A stretch of 63,365 nt of DNA, the filler included, from Saprolegnia diclina VS20 (lineage: Eukaryota): NCBI RefSeq assembly GCF_000281045.1. It is 7 parts of 3 records of this genome, joined end to end, with 100 filler letters (N's around TTAATTAATTAA, not from the genome) between each part and the next. Parts side by side here need not be neighbours in the genome. Positions count along the whole stretch, not along the records: positions 58,102 to 59,712 come from NW_008246132.1; positions 59,813 to 61,660 come from NW_008246132.1; positions 61,761 to 63,365 come from NW_008246132.1; 4 more parts are not named here. The stretch is one strand, 5' to 3'. The notes below the pieces were generated by a model that was not told where the DNA came from, did not search any database, and worked only from the letters and a program-made list of their open reading frames with translations. Below, one piece after another: positions 58,743 through 63,365 of this stretch. A program made the translations under genes and the position numbers. Positions within the stretch are counted from its first letter, which is position 1. The number at the start of each line of letters is the position of its first letter.

Positions 58743-59399
58743 TTAAGTACATTCGCTGGCAACGTGCAATGCGTTTGGCCAAGTACGAGCGGAGGCGCTT
58801 ACTTGTAGCGCAGTAGACACAGCTGTAGCGTGCATTACGAGCGACTGCGTCGACCGCCCTTCAGCGAAGCGTCCACGGCCTCGCTGGCATGAGAACGACT
58901 TGGCGGCCTGCACGCGCGCTGCTCCTGCGTCGAAGCTACGAGCGATGCTACGATGCCCAGCACTTGCTGGCGCACCTCCAGAGCGATGTCCTCTGCCAGC
59001 ACCGGCGTGCAGCGATGGCCATATCCATTCCAACGACCACAAATAGCATCTACGATATGAAGGCCTATCGCTGCATCAATAGTCCACGCAGCGTCTGCGC
59101 ACATCTCGAACGGTCGATGCTCATTTACGCAGCGCCGAGCATGTGGCCAAAAGCTCAGCGGTCGTGTCTTGGATGACTCTATTTTGGGCTTCTGCTTCTG
59201 CCAGCAACCTTCTCGCACCACGCGCCAACGCGTCGGCGTGCGAGCCTATCGCATCAATTGCGAGTGCTTTTGTGAGCTTGAGCAGCGGCTTCGAGTATCT
59301 TGGGTGCACTGTAGCCTTGGTCAAGAGACTATCGTAGCACGCCTCGGTCATTTCAGCGCCTAGGCGACGGAGGAGGCTTTCCGCGCCGTCTCCAATCAC
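58743..59399 (-). pseudogene. Possible decayed coding fragment
   Basis: Helical ORF 59121-59399 continues in frame through two stop codons into 58743-59042. No recognisable family. Confidence 0.25.
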
Positions 59400-59562
59400 G
59401 CAATCGTGTTAGCACAGCACCACCGGGAGTCGAGATTCAACATTGGAGTACTTTTGCAGAGGGCCTTAGCAACACGTTTAGTCCTAGAAAATGCTACATG
59501 TATTACAATTAGACACAATTAGACGCATTCTAGCGCTATGAGACAAATGGCACACAGCAGTG

Positions 59563-59712
59563 TCATTCCGGCAGCGGCAGCGTATGGCCATACCGACGGT
59601 CGATGAGAACGATATTGTCGCACGTCCGCATCCGACGATCGGTTGCAGCTTTGATTGTGTGGACGCACCATGTTTTGACGTCAAAGACGATCCACTGATT
59701 TTGATACCGAAC
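59563..59712 (-). CDS. C-terminus of a second paralog (B) of the multi-TM protein
   Basis: Translates VRYQNQWIVFDVKTWCVHTIKAATDRRMRTCDNIVLIDRRYGHTLPLPE*, homologous to paralog A's end VRYQNQWVIFDVKTWCVRKV...DIVLVDRRFGRTLPLGE*. Confidence 0.8.
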   Translation of the reverse strand, partial: VRYQNQWIVFDVKTWCVHTIKAATDRRMRTCDNIVLIDRRYGHTLPLPE

Positions 59713-59812
59713 NNNNNNNNNNNNNNNNNNNNNNNNNNNNNNNNNNNNNNNNNNNNTTAATTAATTAANNNNNNNNNNNNNNNNNNNNNNNNNNNNNNNN
59801 NNNNNNNNNNNN

Positions 59813-61660
59813 CAGAGACGCCAAAAAGACAGCACCGTTACTGACCATTGACTTGCATCGCTCTTGGCGCTTGATCGAGTTGGCCATTTCCCAGGTTTGA
59901 TCAAAATCGAGGTAGCAGTACTGCGTAAAAATCGACGCCGTGTCATACGAGGACATGCTGCGCAGCCCCGCGATCGCGTCACCAATCGCGGTTAGGGTTG
60001 TATACTGGATGCGTGCGCCTTGCTGGATGGAAAAGTCGACCGACACGTGCGATAGATTAAACTGCCCGAGTGCATTGACGTGGTACCCGTCCGTGAGCTT
60101 CGTGGCGCTCTCACCAAGGTACGAGTGCTCGTTGAACCAATTGGCGAGAAAGAGATGCGACCCCGTCATGTTGAAGTCGGGCCAAATAAGGTCGTTCACC
60201 AAGAGGGGCTGGGCGAGACCGAGGTACGAGATACTGCTGTAAATGGCAGCGCCAACATACATGGTACCAAGCGCCACCCACATCCGGGGGCCCCACCCTT
60301 GGATCATTGGCCGCGCGACCGACGACGACATTGGCATCACGAGCGAGGTCGTCGGCGATGTGTCGAGCAAGCGCCAGAGCTTGAGATCGAGGAGCCCTTG
60401 GCGCCACAGTGCAACAAGACCGGACGAAAGCCGGGCGACTGGGTCCAGTGGTGGCCCTTGGAGTAAGAAGGCTTGGCCTACGATCGAGAGCCGCGCGTCG
60501 ACGCGGTATGTATAAACGTTGCGGGACCTTCGGCCCAGGTGCAACAGAAGCCAGAGTACCGGCACGAGTGCGCACTCGAGGGCACATAGAAACGTGAGCC
60601 GATGTGTGCTGCCAAGCGCGACAACGACACTCTCGCAGACAAAGTCGTAGTAGACATTGTGGGTCACACACGACCGCGTGACGGTGGCGGTGACCGACAC
60701 GGGTGACGCGACGTCGACGACGACCATACAGAGCCAATGAAGCATCGTCGTCAAGGCGCCGACGAAGCGGGCGTCGTGCGCTTGAAGTGGCAGTAGGAGC
60801 TCATGGACGACATAGCCGACCCAGGTGGCTTCCCATGCAAAGAGAAAGGTCTCGACGAGGGACCGCGCAGGTACCGTCAGCTGCGTGTGCACATTGAATC
60901 GGCGAACTAAAGCTGCGTCGCCAGAGCTCAGTAGCACCAGAGCGCTCACGCCTCGTAGCAAGAGCAGCGGTCGACCAATCCACGTCGAACCTGCGACGCG
61001 CGTGAACGCTAAAACGTTGATGATCGAGATACCGTTCAAAGAGAGCGCGGAGGAGAGGAGTGTGATCGCAGTGACGGTCGCTAGTACGAGGTTGGCGTAG
61101 AGCAAGATGTAGTAGACACCGATCGACGATCGACCTAGCACCGCGTTGCTTGGCGTACTGGACGTCGCGTCGTAGATGTCCGAGACAAGAACAAGTGTTC
61201 CATTATCGCCTTCGAAAGAGACGACTTCGCGCTCGCCACGCACCCACTCAAAGAGGATGATCCAGCTAAAGTACACAAACGACGGCTCCAAGAGCGGCTG
61301 CAGGAGAAGCGACCAACGCGGTGAGCTTGCCCTGGATGCAAACTGCAATAAACTCACGTTGAGGGACACGATGGCGGTCGCTGCTTCCGACACAAGATGA
61401 TGGTCGACGAGCACAGAGGGTGCGACCACCGCAGCATCTGCAATCGACTCGTTGCACCACGTAGATGTCTCTTGGGCGCAGATACTTGCCACGGAATCGT
61501 TGACTAGTGCGAGCGCCATGACCATCGGCTCTGCTTCGATAAAGAGGTAGGACCCAATCGTCTCGGAGCAGTCGTCCGTCGTCAGAAACGACGTCAGAAC
61601 ATACGACTTGCGAGCTGCGCTACTGAGACAAAACGGGTTGCCGCCCGAGAACCGAACGCC
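59813..61660 (-). CDS. Internal fragment of multi-TM repeat protein (end of one module and start of the next)
   Basis: EWVRGEREVVSFEGD, RVAGSTWIGRPLLLLRG, then NDLIWPDFN and FTQYCYLDFDQTWEMANSIKRQERC. Bounded by gaps on both sides. Confidence 0.8.
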
Positions 61661-61760
61661 NNNNNNNNNNNNNNNNNNNNNNNNNNNNNNNNNNNNNNNN
61701 NNNNTTAATTAATTAANNNNNNNNNNNNNNNNNNNNNNNNNNNNNNNNNNNNNNNNNNNN

Positions 61761-63365
61761 AATCTCACAAGTTGGAGATACTGTGATGGTGGCCTGGACC
61801 GGCGCCAGTGTCGCCAACAGCGCCGAGATGAGCCACATGAGCAGACTGTTGATGGTGGCGTACGCGATCGTGTGGTCTTGCGTCCAGACGAGCGAAATGT
61901 CGTTGACGATGCCGACAAGCCACGTGACTTCATTGGCTGCGAGACACGTCGTCAAAAGCGGGACGGGTGTCGTGACAAAGTAGCTGAAGACGCCGTCAGT
62001 TTGAAGCTCAATGGAGGCTGTCGAGAGAAGACAGAGAGCCGTGATACTCCGGACCACGACCAATGGTCGACCGATCCAGACGATGCCGCCGACGCGACTC
62101 ATTTCAAACATGTTGAGACCCTGGATGTGACCTCTTGAGAGTAAAATGTACACAAACGTGACGGCTGCGAGCATGATCATGACGAAGGTGACGTAGCGGA
62201 TGGCTTGGAGTGCGTAGAGAGCAAAGACAGTTGGCAGCTGCGCATTGTCGACAGTTTGCAATAACTGAGGTAGAGTGTCGCCCATGACGGTTAGGGAACC
62301 GAGATCGCCTTGGAACGAGATGACTTCGCGGTTGCCGATCGCCCAATCATACAAGAAGAGCCACGCAAAGTAGTCAAAAGTGGGGTCCGATGGGTCAAGC
62401 ACTGGAAGGTGGTAGAGTTCAATGGGTGCAGTCTCGTTGACCATACCAAACTGGACCCACTCAATGTTGAGGGCATGGATCGCAGAGATCAGCGACACGC
62501 GCGCGTCAGGTAGCACTGGAAGCAGGTCCATAAAGGCCAATGCCGCGGTTAGTGTCCTCGAACATTTCGACCCGAAGTCAAGTTTATCGAGCTTGCAGAT
62601 TGACGAGAGGCTGGTGGTCGTCGAGAGGTTAGCTACGTACACTGCAAACACATTTTGTGTGTGGGAGGGTACCAGCGTCCCCCCAGGCCGATAGAAAGAG
62701 CAGGTGCCATCAAACGCGTCCAATCCGAAGAGCGAAACAAAGCCGTTCAAACCGAGCACAGACTGGTCGGGACACAGAACCGAGCCGAGAAGAGCTCGTC
62801 GATCTTTCCACTTGTGTGGCTTTGCAGCCACTCCATCGGGCATCGCAGTTGCTTCATACTGCACTGGATTGAGAATCCGGACTTTCGTCACCGCCGTGCT
62901 GAAGCCAGATATCACCTCTTGCAAGATCGATGGCACGCTGACGTAGACCATGTCGATCGATCCAAATGGCCCAAGATACGACGACATCAGCTTATAGTTG
63001 GCACTCCACGGCCAAGGTGGTAACACCTTTTCGGTCACGAGAATATCTTGTAGTGAGGCATTTTGAAAAGCAAATCGACTGCTCGACCGGAGGAGACTCT
63101 TGCCACCCATGGACGTGGTGTTGGTGGCGAGATGGCCGAGATCGTTGGCCAGAGACCAGTACATTTTGAACGACGTCTGGCTCTCCAAACGGCGGTAGCC
63201 CGCGGTGGACTGCAGCAAGAAGGGATACGAGGCGCTGTACGCGTTGACAATATTGTACAAGTGGAGAAGACCGATCGACTTGTAGTTTTGCCACTGCAGC
63301 ACGTACGACGAGATATTCTTTGATGTCCAATAAGACACTTCGTCGTCGATCGAGAGGTACGGAGG
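61761..63365 (-). CDS. Internal fragment of multi-TM repeat protein (last module)
   Basis: LQWQNYKSIG, SFKMYWSLANDL, GPFGSIDM, NREVISFQGD and WIGRP. The TM part is near-identical to 56907-57620. Confidence 0.8.

Overview
This is gene-dense, GC-rich eukaryotic genomic DNA with short (~45-60 nt) GT-AG introns. It is most consistent with a Saprolegniales oomycete (Saprolegnia/Achlya-like). That inference rests on an oomycete Inr+FPR core promoter, a secreted CBM1 protein, myosins with PDZ-like tails and a large repetitive multi-TM family typical of that group. Positions 1-28.8 kb hold mostly housekeeping genes: exportin-6-like, DENR/TMA22, AFG1 ATPase, EMC7, DOT1-like, Rsa3-like, IFT54, IMP1, ClpP, a BEACH protein, a calcyphosin fusion, UBC12 and a CBM1 protein. 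Positions 29-54.6 kb hold a degenerate 2OG-oxygenase-like gene, three inverted paralog pairs (myosin-PDZ, SET methyltransferase, cytochrome c peroxidase), a HAUS6-like gene, an RGS-RGS-DENN gene and a START protein. Positions 54.7-63.4 kb are fragmented by gaps and contain repeat/TE-like DNA plus pieces of tandem multi-TM genes. Six 100-bp N gaps across the window carry an artificial TTAATTAATTAA spacer. The most notable items are a PPGG-motif + degenerate lumazine-synthase-fold + calcyphosin EF-hand fusion, the clustered inverted gene pairs with tracts of perfect identity, the RGS-RGS-DENN fusion, IFT54 with two CH domains, AFG1 with an EF-hand tail and a ~920-bp TIR element. All identifications come from motif recognition by eye; no database search was run.
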